Shown: positions 1-13,955 of the stretch, in pieces
Numbering within the stretch: position 1 is the first letter of the stretch
How the letters are laid out: each line of letters begins with the position of its first letter
DNA from: Octopus vulgaris
Taxonomy: Eukaryota
Direction: 5' to 3'
NCBI GenBank assembly: GCA_951406725.2
Contig: OX597842.1
Span: 19,468,001 to 19,532,000, forward strand
Length of the DNA: 64,000 nt
Program-made: the position numbers and the translations under genes
Notes under the pieces: model-generated
Seen by the model: the letters and a program-made list of their open reading frames with translations, nothing else
What the model was told of the DNA's origin: nothing
Database searches by the model: none

Positions 1-282
1 ATAAATTTTATTGGTAAAATATTTTTCTAGAAATGAATTACAATTTATAACATTGCTTCTATGGAAAATTATTGCTTTGCTTTATGAGTTTTCCCTTTAG
101 GAGCAATCTCCAGTAAGAAATTAACTCATATATCAAGGCATTATTGTATCTGACATTATTTTAGCACAAGGCCAGCAATTTCAGGGGAAGGAGTAAGTTG
201 AATAACCACATGGATCAGCATGTGTGCTTTTTACATGAACTAGCACAAATGCTTCTTACAGGGAGTGGCATTGCACGATATA

Positions 283-682
283 TCTATATATATAAAGCTG
301 AAGTTGTCTGTGTGTGTGGCTGGTTTGGTAGCCCTCAACTAACACTATCTCCTCCGAGACTCTGCGGTGCAAGTTGACCAAAATTGAGAGGATGATTGTT
401 GAAGGATTGCTCTTCCTTCCACAGAAGAAAAAAATTCAAATCGCACCATGTCAACAACAAAAATTATTTAGATCAGAAAGGTGCTTTTTTTTCTATGAAA
501 ATCCCAAATTTTTACGATTCTTTGACTGCTGTGACGCCATTTTTCAGTGTATTTCAACCAGAAAACTGTTCACTTTAAGAGAATAACAAGCTACATAATG
601 CAAGATTTTTACTTTTCAAAAATTCCAATTCTAAAGGGTCAAAAAGAAAACAAATGCGAGCAACACTGGGCGATTCTTGTAG
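283..682 (+). mobile_element. Non-autonomous Helitron-like element (unit 3' flank)
   Basis: Starts A|TCTATATATATAAAGCTGAAG. Ends in a degenerate hairpin (GCGAGCAACACTGGG) plus TGTAG; paralogous copies end CCCGAGCAACGCCGGG..CTAG|T, the canonical Helitron 3' end. Confidence 0.65.
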
Positions 683-754
683 GATATATATATTTATATA
701 TATTTATATGAAGTTATTATGTTACTTCTCATATATATTTGAAGGCGCATGGCT

Positions 755-809
755 CTCTAATTCCTAATTATCTTGTATGTTTTACACTGTTGTTTCTCTT
801 TCGTTTCAG
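755..809 (+). promoter_or_regulatory. Putative 3' splice site of the ZNF coding exon
   Basis: CTAAT branch-like motifs, pyrimidine tract and TTTCGTTTCAG|A. The same acceptor recurs with AG ending at 11152, 25316, 28518, 37336, 44130, 56921 and 60195. Confidence 0.6.
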
Positions 810-1040
810 ATTATCAGATGACATCTGCTTCACAGAATTTTTACATAAGCAAAGTCATTAGAATGGAAAGGCTTTTGAAGACTGAGCAAAGATGTTATAC
901 AAAACACGTATAACCCTGTTTCTATAAATATTTACTGAATTACTGCAAAATATATCTTCTGAACTCTGACATATATGTAGCAAAATTTCTCTTCTTTATT
1001 GTCTGGAATACACAGAAAATTATATTTGCATATTAATTAA

Positions 1041-1400
1041 TCATTTAGCATTTAAACTAGCACAAATATTCTGACCCTGCCGTGTCAGTTTAAACATAAA
1101 CAATCAAATCACTGAAGTCTCAAAGCTATGAGATAATCCATGATTAATTCAAAACAATATGAATAAATAAGCATTACATTTCACAAAGGAATCTCAATGC
1201 TAAACGGTTAAACTGGCCATATTTTTGTGTGTTTTATATTCATACTAGCTAGATCCCACCCCTCACACCCACCCTACAAGGTCATTCTAAAAGTAAACAA
1301 TCACAACATTGAAATCTGAACATGATAACATAATGAATGATTAATTCAGAAGAATTTCAATAAACATTATATTTGACTGATTAATCTGAATGTTAATGAG
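1041..1400. mobile_element. Two adjacent/nested TTAA-flanked (piggyBac-type) MITEs in the ZNF 5' UTR
   Basis: TTAA|TCATTTAGCATT...AATGCTAAACGG|TTAA (1041-1207), followed by a diverged homolog ending AATGTTAATGAG|TTAA (1212-1400). Present in all copies except copy 3. Confidence 0.6.
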
Positions 1401-1547
1401 TTAAAGCAATTAAGAAGGCAGTTTGCAGCATCTTCAGATATTAACAAAGATCACTTTTGATGAGATATATCAGTAGAAATATTTGTTCAGAGCAATATAC
1501 GAGAAGAAGGAAAACCTTTGTGAACTGTGACAAGAGAAAGGAACATT

Positions 1548-2152
<605 letters not shown>

Positions 2153-2315
2153 TAGCAATGTCATATCTGTGGTAAATTATTTTATGAAAATAGAATCTTA
2201 ACTAATCAGATACATATTCACACAGATGAGAAGTCATATCATTGCGGTGTCTGTGGTAAGTCATTCTCTGATGGACCCAGCTTAACTGTTCGCAAATACG
2301 TTCATTCAAGTGTGA

Positions 2316-2507
<192 letters not shown>

Positions 2508-3197
2508 TAAATCTTTCTCTCGAAACGATCACTTAACCAAGCACAAGCATGTTCATACAGACAGAGAACACATTTCATGAGGAATAGATTCATTTCCCAA
2601 GTTACAGACATTGTTTATGAGTTTTATTTTTCAAGCACAACATCCAAATTTTGAAAGTTTCTACTACCATAACAAATGCATCTGTGTCTTACCAAGAAGT
2701 TTATAAAAAGCAAAGGAATGCTTCTCAGTAAACAACTCTAGACTTGTTTCTTGTGAATCAGTGGTCACGTCTACAAATGATGGTGTCCCTGAGTCTTTTC
2801 AAAGTGATTCAGAAAACAATTATAATGATCATATTTTATCTATTCTAAATGATCTTGACATTGTTTTTGACTTTACATAAAATATTCTTTACATTCTACT
2901 GTTGTTTTATTGTCATTTATTTACAACTATTATTAATTTTATTGGTAAAATAATTTTCTAGGAATGAATTACAATTTATAACATTGCTTCTATGGGAAAT
3001 TATTGCTTTGCTTTATGAGTTTTCACTTTAGGAGCAATCTCCAGAAGAAATTAACTCACATATCAAGGCATTATTTTGGCGCAAGGCCAGCAATTTCAGG
3101 GGAAGGAGTAAGTTGAATAACCACATGGATCAGCATGTGTGCTTTTTACATGAACTAGCACAAATGCTTCTTACAGGGAGTGGCATTGCATGATATA

Positions 3198-3597
3198 TCT
3201 GTATAAAATAAAGCTGAAGTTGTCTGTGTGTGTGTGTGTGGCAGGTTTTGTAGCCTTCAACTAACACCATCTCCTAAGAGACCCTGCTGTGCAAGTTGAT
3301 CAAGTTTGAGAGTATCATAGATAAAGGCTTGCTCTTCCTTACGTAGAAGAAAAAATTCAAATCGGCCCATGTTAACCCCAAAAATTATTTACATCGAAAA
3401 GGTGCTTTTTTACTATGAAAATCCCTATTTTTTTACGAATTTTTGACTTCTGTGCTGCCACTTTTCTGTGTATTTCAACCAGAAGAATCTTCACTTAAAG
3501 AGAATAACAAGCTACATAATGCAAAATTATTACTTTTCAAACATTCCAATTCTAAAGGGTCGAAACAAACTCAAGCAACGCCGGGCGATATTGCTAG
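3198..3597 (+). mobile_element. Non-autonomous Helitron-like element
   Basis: A|TC start; CAAGCAACGCCGGG hairpin then CTAG|T end. Confidence 0.75.
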
Positions 3598-3600
3598 TAA

Positions 3601-4073
3601 TCTCTCTATATATAAAATTGAGATCTTTCCGGTTTGAACGGCAGTTTTTAAAAATAATTTCCACCTAACTAAACACTTTCAAACTTCGTATACTGGTAGA
3701 ATATGTTTATAAAATGTCTTTTTCTCTTGGCTTTATTGAGAAAATTCTATGGTTTGTAAAATATTTGTTGTTTTTTTTCTGCAATTTCAACCAATCAATG
3801 ACGTCTATTGGGGTAAAAAAAAACACATTCTGTGCCGTATGAATATGTCCCTCGTTTAAGAAACAGATTGGGTTTATTTACATTTCTGAAGAAAAAAAGA
3901 TACCCTAACCCTAAAACAGATTGAAATGCAATAGATCGATACAAGGGTCATAATTATGGGTGACTTTTTCATATAACACCGCCAGAAAAACTGCCGTTCA
4001 AACCGAAAAGATCCCACAATTCTAATTCTAAATGATCGAAACAAACCCGAGCAACGCCGGGCGATACTGCTAG
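3601..4073 (+). mobile_element. Second, internally deleted Helitron carrying a MITE
   Basis: TCTCTCTATATATAAAA start; CCCGAGCAACGCCGGG hairpin and CTAG|T at 4070-4074. Confidence 0.65.
3620..4015. mobile_element. MITE with ~30-bp terminal inverted repeats
   Basis: GAGATCTTTCCGGTTTGAACGGCAGTTTTT (3620-3649) versus AAAAACTGCCGTTCAAACCGAAAAGATCCC (3986-4015). Confidence 0.8.
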
Positions 4074-4203
4074 TAAGCATATAAAGCTATAAAAAAATCG
4101 AAAGGGTTTTTATTTTTACTGGACTTCGGTTTATGTACTTGCTTATCTCCCTTTACTCGTCTAATTAGCCTATTGTTTTCCCACTGTTGTAATAAGCAAC
4201 ACG

Positions 4204-4742
4204 TACTTCTGTCCGATCTAATTACTTCTTCTCATTAATGTTGTAATTATTGTGGTAACAACGTTCCTTCGTATATCACATACTTTTGTCCGATCTAATT
4301 ACTTCTTTTAATTAATGTTGTAATTATTGTGGTAACAACGTTCCTTCGTATATCACATACTTCTGTCCGATCTAATTACTTCTTCTCATTAATGTTGTAA
4401 TTATTGTGGTAACAACGTTCCTTCGTATATCACATACTTTTATCCGATCTAATTACTTCTCATTAATGTTGTAATTATTGTGGTAACAACGTTCCTTCGT
4501 ATATCACATACTTTTGTCCGATCTAATTACTTCTGTTAATTAATGTTATAATTATTGTGGTAACAACGTTCCTTCGTATATCACATACTTCTGTCCGATC
4601 TAATTACTTCTTCTCATTAATGTTGTAATTATTGTGGTAACAACGTTCCTTCGTATATCACATACTTTTGTCCGATCTAATTACTTCTGTTAATTAATGT
4701 TATAATTATTGTAGTAACAACGTTCCTTCGTATATCACATAC
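4204..4742. repeat. 77-bp minisatellite, ~7 copies
   Basis: GTCCGATCTAATTAC (or a 1-nt variant) recurs at 4211, 4288, 4365, 4442, 4516, 4593 and 4670. Confidence 0.95.
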
Positions 4743-5116
4743 ATCTGATGGCTGATACCCCTTACGTTGTCGAGCGGTTACTGTTTATATCTCGTTCAGA
4801 GATTTATTATTGTTTTCAGACAGTTTTTCTACATCAGTGACAGTGGTTACTGTGAAAAACATTATATATTACTTGCGAGGGGACTCCTTCATCGAAGACC
4901 AGTGCTTACCATGCGTTGACGAGAGGCAATTACCTTGAAACTATAGTCCGTATGTAGTACTCGGGTCTTCGAGGGAGGATGACCTCCCTTTGCAAGTAAC
5001 ACAAGGACACTGATATAGTGTCTAAAGTCCTTTTGGTGACGTTGATCGCCTGGGGCTAAAATCATCAGTAACACCCCACCCCAGTGGCTAGCCACGTTCA
5101 GATGGCTGATACCCCT

Positions 5117-5225
5117 TACTTTCAATATAGTAACCCTCACAACAAATCACAGCACATAGCCAAGGCACACAGAGCTGCGCTCGGTAGTGAAGTGAAAGCA
5201 CGCTATAAAAACAAAACTACTGAAT

Positions 5226-5263
<38 letters not shown>
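5117..5263 (+). mobile_element. Probable non-LTR retroelement 3' end with (TAA)n tail
   Basis: Unique segment ending AAAACTACTGAA followed by a (TAA)n run. Family assignment not verified. Confidence 0.35.
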
Positions 5264-5768
<505 letters not shown>

Positions 5769-5821
5769 AAAAAGAAAAAGAGAAAAAAACGCAAAGTAAA
5801 TAAATTTTTAAACTAAGTAAT

Positions 5822-5994
5822 CTTTTACTTGTTTCGGTCATTTGACTGCGGCCATGCTGGAGCACCGCCTTTAATCGAGCAACTCGACCCCGGGACTTAT
5901 TCTTTGTAAGCTCAGTACTTATTCTATCGGTCGCTATTTCCGAACCGCTAAGTGATGGGGACATAAACACACCAGCATCGGTTGTCAAGCAATG
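5822..5994 (-). mobile_element. SINE 3' half, inverted relative to the adjacent copy
   Basis: Reverse complement of ~5598-5765. Confidence 0.85.
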
Positions 5995-7183
5995 TAATTT
6001 AATTGTTCATTTTGAATTGATAAAATGTGTTTTTTTTCTAATTTTTTAGATATATATATATTATATTGTGAAATTTGATTTAGTATTTCTAAATTGAATT
6101 TTTTTCCTTGTGAGTTTGGATTTATATTCCCTCAAATAATTATTATATGTATGTATATATATATATCATGGTGATCTATGTAAAGGGCATCTATACTGCT
6201 TTGCATAAAAAACACCCATACATGTACCCTGTGAGAAGATCTCAACACATTCTCTAAATTTGGATGATTGTAATCGTCGTAAGCAACGGTGTATCAGTTT
6301 TTTATGTGTGTATGTGCGTATATAAAGATATAATTAAAACAAAACGTATACACCCACATATACATATATATATGTACATAAATATATATACTAATTATAT
6401 ACGTTTTTATTATTACTTTTTTGACTTTTTATTGTTATTTTAATTTTAATATTTCTATTATATGTAATTTTCTAGATGGTGTAATTTCATTGTTCATTTT
6501 GAATTAATAAAAGGTGGTGTTTTTTTCTGTATATTTATTATATTGTGTGAAATTTGATTTAGTAATTCTAAATTGAATTTTTTTCCTTGTAAGTTTTCTC
6601 TACAAAACTACTTTAAAACGTTTTCCAATGGCTGAATGACGAAACGTATTAATCTGGTTTCTGCCCTAAATATTCTGGTAAAGTAAGGATGCATCTTGTA
6701 CACCAGCAAATACTCAGTGAAGTGCAAGTAAATCAGTTGACCAAAAGATTGACTCCTCGTTGTGAAACGACGGAGATCCACCACCGTTATAAGCCTATGA
6801 AGCCATCTAAAGATCGAATGCTTCTTTTTCCCGTAATTAGGCTCATGCCCTTGCTTATCTCCCTTTACTCACTAATTTTCCTTATCGTCTTTCAATGAAT
6901 TAATACCAACACAAATTTCTCTCACATCTAATCCCTTCCTGTAATCAATGCTGGAATTTTTTTAGTAACAATCTTCCTCTGAATGTTATATGGAGCTGTA
7001 TTCTTTTCATTTTCGTTTTCTACGCACTTTTTATAGGTACTACTAGCGAACAGTGGTCCCGGTGCGCTCACACGCACATGGGTCTTTTTAGCAAGCACAG
7101 CAAACGTTCGCATCTTCTAAAGGTGACATATTACTAATTGGTCATTCATTCGTGGAAGTTGCTTTTGATATAATAGTTTCTTA

Positions 7184-7570
7184 AGGCGGTGAGCTGGCAG
7201 AATCGTTAGCACGCCGGGCGAAATTCTTGGCCGTATTTCGTCTGTTTTTTATGTTCTGAGTTCAAATTCCGCCCAGTTCCATTTTGCCTTTTATCCTTGC
7301 GGGATCGAGTAAATAACCACTGCTTCGATATAATCGACTTAATCCGTTTGTCTGTCCTTGTTTGTTCCCTCTGTGTTTAGCCCATTCTGGGCAATAAAGA
7401 AATAGGTATTTCGTCTGTCTTAACGTTCTGAGTTCAAATTCCACCGAGCTAGACTTTGCCTTTCATCCTTTCGGGGTCGATAAATTAAGTACCAGTTGCG
7501 TACTGTGGTCGATCTAATCGACTGCCCCTCTCACCCTAAATTTCTTGCCTTGTGCCTAGAGTAGAAAAGG
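7184..7570 (+). mobile_element. Second SINE family (GGCGGTGAGCTGGCAGAATCGTTAGC head) with internal duplication
   Basis: tRNA-like head and GAGTTCAAATTCC B-box twice. Homologs at ~21221 (+), ~53170 (+), ~20450-20632 (-), ~32650-33052 (-) and ~42430-42832 (-). Confidence 0.75.
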
Positions 7571-7884
7571 ATACAATTGTTACCTCAGTTACCTGCTAGA
7601 AGCAAAGTTGTTATTAATAGACTTAATATTGGGGGTGTGGGGGAGATTAGTATCAACCTCTCTTTTCGATGGATCTTTATTTTGATTCCGAAGCAATGAA
7701 AGGTAAAATTGACATCGGCGGGATTTGAGATCAGAACATAAAAAACCACAAGAAATACTGCATGGTGTAAATAGTTGCTGTTAAATTTGGTACCACGCTA
7801 CGAATTCGTTTCGGTATTTCAAGCAAACCATTACATGTTTTATATATTCCCCGTTTACGCAATTTTTGTAACGGTTCTTTTTAG

Positions 7885-8000
7885 GGTCAGATATTCTTTG
7901 ATCTCGTCTAAAATTATCGACTTTTCTCGATGAATTTCTACTTTTGTATCAAAACTGCTGGGGGAAAGACTCTACGGAGGATAAAAAGTGATATTAAATG
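7885..8000 (+). other. Putative non-coding 5' UTR exon of ZNF copy 2
   Basis: TTCTTTTTAG| acceptor and ATG|GTGAGT donor. The segment and its GTGAGT donor are kept in five otherwise diverged paralogous regions. Confidence 0.55.
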
Positions 8001-8344
8001 GTGAGTAAAGTAATAATTTCATTTTGTTTTTATATTAAACTGATGAAATGAGTTCCAGGCCTAAAAAACAAATAAGTTCTGGGGTCGATCCAGTCTCACT
8101 ACAGATTCTTCAAGGCGATGCCCCAGCATGATGGCAGTCTAATGACAGAAATAAGTAAAAGATAGTAATAATAAGAAGCAGAATTATAATTATATATATA
8201 TATATATATACACACACACAGTTGCAAAATGCCCCTCCTCCCCGTCCAAGGACGGTGATGAGTTGTCAAACATTTAAACCAAATTTTCTCAAGGCAACTT
8301 CTCCGACCGCTCCATAGGCCTCCCCTTTGAGAAACACTGATTTA

Positions 8345-8974
8345 ACCTAAATTAGGGAAACCAGCAAAAGAAGAAATAAAGATAGACTTTTTTTCTATTC
8401 CAAAGAAAAACGATTTTATTCACAAAAATATGCAACCGAAGAGTTTAAAGTACCAGTAATCATAAGGCTGTTGACTGGGAGAACACAAACATGGTTTAAA
8501 CAGTTCTTTTCATTAAAAAATAATTAAGCATGCCTATATTTCAATAAAACTTTTGGTTTTGTTAAACAAAGTTAAGGCAAAGAAGAAAAAACTTCTTGAG
8601 AAACGAAATAGTCTTTCCTTCCTTCATGCCAAGTTTGAAGAAAATATCTCTTTTGCATCTTACTTTTTTGGTCTCTTAGATATACTGCATTTTGTGGCAT
8701 TATTTCATGCCAGCCAGCACAAACTGCATGTGCATTTTTCTTGCGTACGTGTAGTATCGATCACAACAGCTGATGTACTTGCGCATACAAAAGCACGTTC
8801 CCATGGCTTTATCGATCGTATTCTCACCTGGAATCGATTTTTGTAATATTTTCAAGACTTATACACGTCCTGATACCTTCGGCATCTACATATCGAATTT
8901 GGCTGCAATCAGATTGAGGATGCCCGAGATCCTAGAGGACACACAGACAGACAGAACAGATTTTATATTATAAA
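8345..8974 (-). mobile_element. Helitron-like element 5' portion
   Basis: Minus strand starts TATAATATAAAATCTGTTCTGTCTGTCTGTGTG, the same architecture as the other Helitron 5' ends. Duplicated at ~54120-54742. Confidence 0.4.
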
Positions 8975-8995
8975 TATATATATATATATATATAT

Positions 8996-9273
8996 TAGAA
9001 AAAACACCAGTTTTTATCAATTCAAAATGAACAATTAAATTACACCATCTAGAAAATTACATATAATAGAAATATTTAAATTAAAATAACAATAAAATAT
9101 CAATGACGTGTCGTTATTCTGCCAATTATATAAGTTTTTATTTTTTTTGCAATTTACTTAATGATGGATATTTTATTGTTATTTTAATTTTAATAATTCT
9201 ATTATATGTAATTTTCTAGATGGTGTAATTTAATTGTTCCTTTTGAATTGATAAAAGGTAGTTTTTTTCCTAA
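8996..9273. repeat. Long inverted repeat (~105-bp arms, ~65-bp spacer)
   Basis: 8996-9101 is the near reverse complement of 9166-9273. Duplicated at ~54767-55045. Confidence 0.9.
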
Positions 9274-9484
9274 TATATATATATATATATATGTATAGGT
9301 GTTATTTTCTTGAAATTTATTATATATATGATTGATTGATTGATTCTAGTTTCAGCTTATGAGCTGTGGCCACGCTGGGGCACCGCCATTATATATTATA
9401 TTGTGAAATTTGATTCAGTATTTCTAAATTGAATTTTTTTCGTCGTGAGTTTGGATTTATATTCCCTCAAATAATTATTATATG

Positions 9485-9521
<37 letters not shown>

Positions 9522-10339
9522 TGGTGATCTATGTAAAGGGCATCTATACTGCTTTGCATAAAAAACCCCCATACATGTACCATATGAGAAGATCTCGATA
9601 CAGGCTCTAAAGTGGTTGGCGTTAAGAAGAGTGTCCAGCTGTAGAAAACAATCTAAATCAGGCAGGAACTGGGGGCAGCACCCCTGTTTGCCAGCACAGG
9701 TCAAACCAACCAACCCAGGGAAGCATGGTAAATGGACATTAAATGTAAAAAGCTGTGCCAAAACTGACCTTGCCTGTGATCTTGCCACTTAAAATGTACT
9801 CAATACACTCTGTAGTATGGTTGGTGTTAGGAAGAGCATCTAGCTGTAGAAGCTGAGCCAAAACAGACACACAAGTGTGGGGCAGTCTTCTGACTGACCA
9901 CCTCCTACCAAACCATCCAACAGATACTGGTATTGAAGGTGGACATTATATGACGGGGATCAGGAAACGAGAGTCCTGGCAGTTTGCTGTGTTTGAAAAG
10001 ACACAGCAAGCTAAGTAAAAGCATGGGTGCCCTTGCATACAAGCTTGTCCCTTGCGACCCCCTCCAGCTGAGCATCCCTAATCCTGCAGGCTCATGGGTG
10101 CTGATACCATGTAAAAAGTACCCAGTGGTACTGCGTAATATCACCCAGTACATTCTGTAAAGGATTTGTGTTAGAAAGGGCATCCAGCAATAGAAATTAT
10201 TTTAAGATAGAGATGGGGCCTGAACAGCCCTTCAGCTGGTTAGCTCCTTTCAAACCATTCAACCCATGCCAGCTTGTAAAATGGAATTTAAATGATGATG
10301 AAGTAATAATTTTAAATTTATATATACACCTTATAGTAT

Positions 10340-10609
10340 ATCATTGCCTTTCTGAGCGAACGATTTGCCACAGATATCACAGTGATATGACTTCTCACCT
10401 GTATGGACGCGTCTGTGCCTAGACAAGCCTTGATTTTCAGAGAATGATCTACCACAGGTATCACAATGATATGGCTTCTCTCCTGTATGAATACGTCGGT
10501 GAGTGAGTAAGTTAGTTTTCCGAGAGAATAATTTACCACAGGTATCACAATCATATGATGTCTTGCCCTCTTTATCTCTACATCATCAGATAAATCAATT
10601 ATTTTAGAT
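10340..10609 (-). pseudogene. Inverted ZNF fragment (leader plus ~2.5 fingers) upstream of copy 2
   Basis: Minus strand encodes IDLSDDV...[33 protein letters not shown] with a 1-bp deletion. Absent at the homologous site near 24120. Confidence 0.85.
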
Positions 10610-11904
10610 AGCCTTCTCACTGTATTTGGCTATCTGATGTCATCTACAGTATGGATATAAATGACCCTGGATTTTTTTGAGGAATTCCTTCATGTCAGTA
10701 GAGTTTAAAAAATGAGAGAAAGAGAAAGAAAATAGAATTTCCAAGACTAGTATTCACTATGATTGTTTCAACCCATCGTGCATCTGTGCCTCGCAGGTGA
10801 GATTCTGTACGAACAGTTGTGGGGCATCCTTTGATGCAGACATGTCCCATCAGGTGACTTATCAAATGGTTCCTCGTATTTAAATTTCTGTTTTGCTTAT
10901 TTCGATTAGAATTCATTTTGGTATTTGGGACATGTCAAGCTTCTTTCAGTTTCCAGAAACATGTCTTTGGTTGGCCACTCTGGGACTGAACCCAGGACCA
11001 TGTGGTTGGGAAGCCAACTTCTTACCACACAACCATCCCTGCACTTCTACAGCCATGTCTATATAAAAATGTAGTAAAACTTTCACTGCTTTAATCTCTC
11101 TAATTCCTAATTATCTTGTATGTTTTACACTGTTGTTTCTCTTTCGTTTCAGATTATCAGATGACATCTGCTTCACAGGATTTTTACATAAGCAACGTCA
11201 TTAGAATGGAAAGTCTTTTGAAGACTGAGCAAAGATGTTATACAAAACACGTATAACCCTGTTTCTATGAATATTTACTGAATTACTGCAAAATATATCT
11301 GGGGAACTCTGACATATATGTAGCAAAATTTCTCTTCTTTATTGTCTGGAATACACAGAAAATTATATTTGCATATTAATTAATCATTTAGCATTTAAAC
11401 TAGCACAAATATTCTGACCTCTCACACTCACCCTGCAGTGTCAATTTAAACATAAACAATCAAATCACTGAAGTCTCAGAGCTATGAGATAATCCATGAT
11501 TAATTCAAAACAATATGAATAAATAAGCATTACATTTCACAAAGGAATCTCAATGCTAAACGGTTAAACTGGCCATATTTTTGTGTGTTTTATATTCATA
11601 CTAGCCAGATCCCACCCCTCACACCCACCCTACAAGGTCATTCTAAAAATAAACAATCACAACATTGAAATCTGAACATGATAACATAATGAATGATTAA
11701 TTCAGAAGAATTTCAATAAACATTCTATTTGACAGAGTAATCTCAATGTTAATGAGTTAAAGCAATTAAGAAGGCAGTTTGCAGCATCTTCAGATATTAA
11801 CAAAGATCACTTTTGATGGAGATATATCAGTAGAAATATTTGTTAAGAGCAATATACGAGAAGAAGGAAAACCTTTGTGTACTGTGACGAGAGAAAGGAA
11901 AATT

Positions 11905-13416
11905 ATGGAAAATGAATTACGTAGGAGTGAAGTTGAATGTAAAAAAGAGTCTGAAAAAATTGATTTTTCTGATGAGGAAAAGAATGAAAAGGGCAAAACA
12001 TCATTTGATTGTGATATCTGTGGCAAGTCGTTCTCTCAGAAAGCTAAGTTAGTCATTCACGAACGTACTCATACAGGAGAAAAACCATATCACTGTGAAA
12101 TCTGTGACAAATCTTTCTCTCGAAACGATCACTTAACTAGGCACAAGCATGTTCATACAGGAGAAAAGCCATATCAGTGTGATATCTGTGATAAATCCTT
12201 CTCTCAAACCGATCACTTAACCAAGCACATACGCATCCATACAGGTGAGAAGCCATACCACTGTGATATCTGTGGTATATCATTCTCTACATGCAGTGTA
12301 TTAGCTACTCACAGGCATTTTCATACTGGAGGGATACCGTATAGCTGTGAATTCTGTGGTAAATCCTTTTCTCGAAACGGTCACTTAACTAGGCACAAAA
12401 GTAGTGTTCACACTGGAGAAGCACCATATCACTGTGAAATCTGTGACAAATCTTTCTCTCGAAACGATAACTTAACCATGCACAGGCGTGTTCATACTGG
12501 AGAAAAACCATATCACTGTGAAATCTGTGGTAAATCTTTCTCTCGAAACGAATGCTTAACCAAGCACAAGCAGGTTCATACAGGAGAAAAACCATATCAC
12601 TGTGAAATCTGTGGTAAATCTTTCTCTCGAAACGAATGCTTAACCAAGCACAAGAGTGGTGTTCACACAGGAGAAAAACCATATCACTGTGAAATCTGTG
12701 GTAAATCTTTCTCTCGAAACGAATGCTTAACCAAGCACAAGCAGGTTCATACAGGAGAAAAACCATATCACTGTGAAATCTGTGGGAAATCCTTTTCTCA
12801 AAACGATTCCTTAATCATGCACAAGCGTGTTCATACAGGAGAAAAGCCATATCACTGTGATATCTGTGATAAATCCTTTTCTCAAAACGATTCCTTAATC
12901 AAGCACAAGCATGTTCATACAGGAGAAAAACCATATCACTGTGAAATCTGTGGTAAATCTTTCTCTCGAAACGATTCCTTAACAAAGCACAAGCGTGTTC
13001 ATACAGGAGAAGTACCATATCACTGTGAAATCTGTGGTAAATCTTTCTCTCTAAATCATTCCTTAACCAAGCACAGGCGTGTTCATACAGGAGAGAAACC
13101 ATATCACTGTGATATCTGTGATAAATCCTTCTCTCGAAGTTATAGCTTGACTACGCACATACGCATCCATACAGGTGAGAAGCCATACCATTGTGATATC
13201 TGTGGTAAATCCTTTTCTCAAAACGAACACATAACTAGGCACAAGATTAGTGTTCATACAGGAGAAGTACCATATCACTGTGAAATCTGTGGTAAATCTT
13301 TCTCTCGAAATGATACCTTAACCCAGCATAAGCGTGTTCATACAGGAGAAAAACCATATCATTGTGATATCTCTGGTAAATCATTTTCTCAAAATAGTCA
13401 GCTGCTTAATCACTGA
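11905..13416 (+). CDS. C2H2 zinc-finger protein, copy 2 (503 aa, 16 fingers)
   Basis: First ATG of the ORF is 11905; the track starts at an upstream TTG. Uninterrupted CxxC-x12-HxxxH repeats with TGEKPY linkers. Confidence 0.9.
   Translation: MENELRRSEVECKKESEKIDFSDEEKNEKGKTSFDCDICGKSFSQKAKLVIHERTHTGEKPYHCEICDKSFSRNDHLTRHKHVHTGEKPYQCDICDKSFSQTDHLTKHIRIHTGEKPYHCDICGISFSTCSVLATHRHFHTGGIPYSCEFCGKSFSRNGHLTRHKSSVHTGEAPYHCEICDKSFSRNDNLTMHRRVHTGEKPYHCEICGKSFSRNECLTKHKQVHTGEKPYHCEICGKSFSRNECLTKHKSGVHTGEKPYHCEICGKSFSRNECLTKHKQVHTGEKPYHCEICGKSFSQNDSLIMHKRVHTGEKPYHCDICDKSFSQNDSLIKHKHVHTGEKPYHCEICGKSFSRNDSLTKHKRVHTGEVPYHCEICGKSFSLNHSLTKHRRVHTGEKPYHCDICDKSFSRSYSLTTHIRIHTGEKPYHCDICGKSFSQNEHITRHKISVHTGEVPYHCEICGKSFSRNDTLTQHKRVHTGEKPYHCDISGKSFSQNSQLLNH

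Positions 13417-13955
<539 letters not shown>

Noticed and set aside
3902-3914. Telomere-like CCCTAACCCTAA
   Set aside because: Only two units, inside a MITE.
4204-4742. Regularly spaced repeats resembling a CRISPR array
   Set aside because: Units are identical throughout with no unique spacers; eukaryotic context and no cas genes.
8553-8846. 97-aa ORF repeated at 54328
   Set aside because: TTG start, no recognisable motif; conservation is explained by the recent segmental duplication.
10650-10796. Extra cassette exon (CTACAG| .. CAG|GTGAGA)
   Set aside because: Weak pyrimidine tract and the donor is absent from the copy 4 homolog; unsupported without RNA data.
11779-11904. N-terminal extension MQHLQILTK.. 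in the ORF track
   Set aside because: Starts at TTG and is interrupted by TGA in copies 1 and 8; treated as 5' UTR, although in-frame splicing from an unseen exon is not excluded.
12389-13278. Minus-strand repetitive ORFs ([13 protein letters not shown]..), also over copies 4-9
   Set aside because: Antisense shadows of the 84-bp finger repeat; no independent coding signal.
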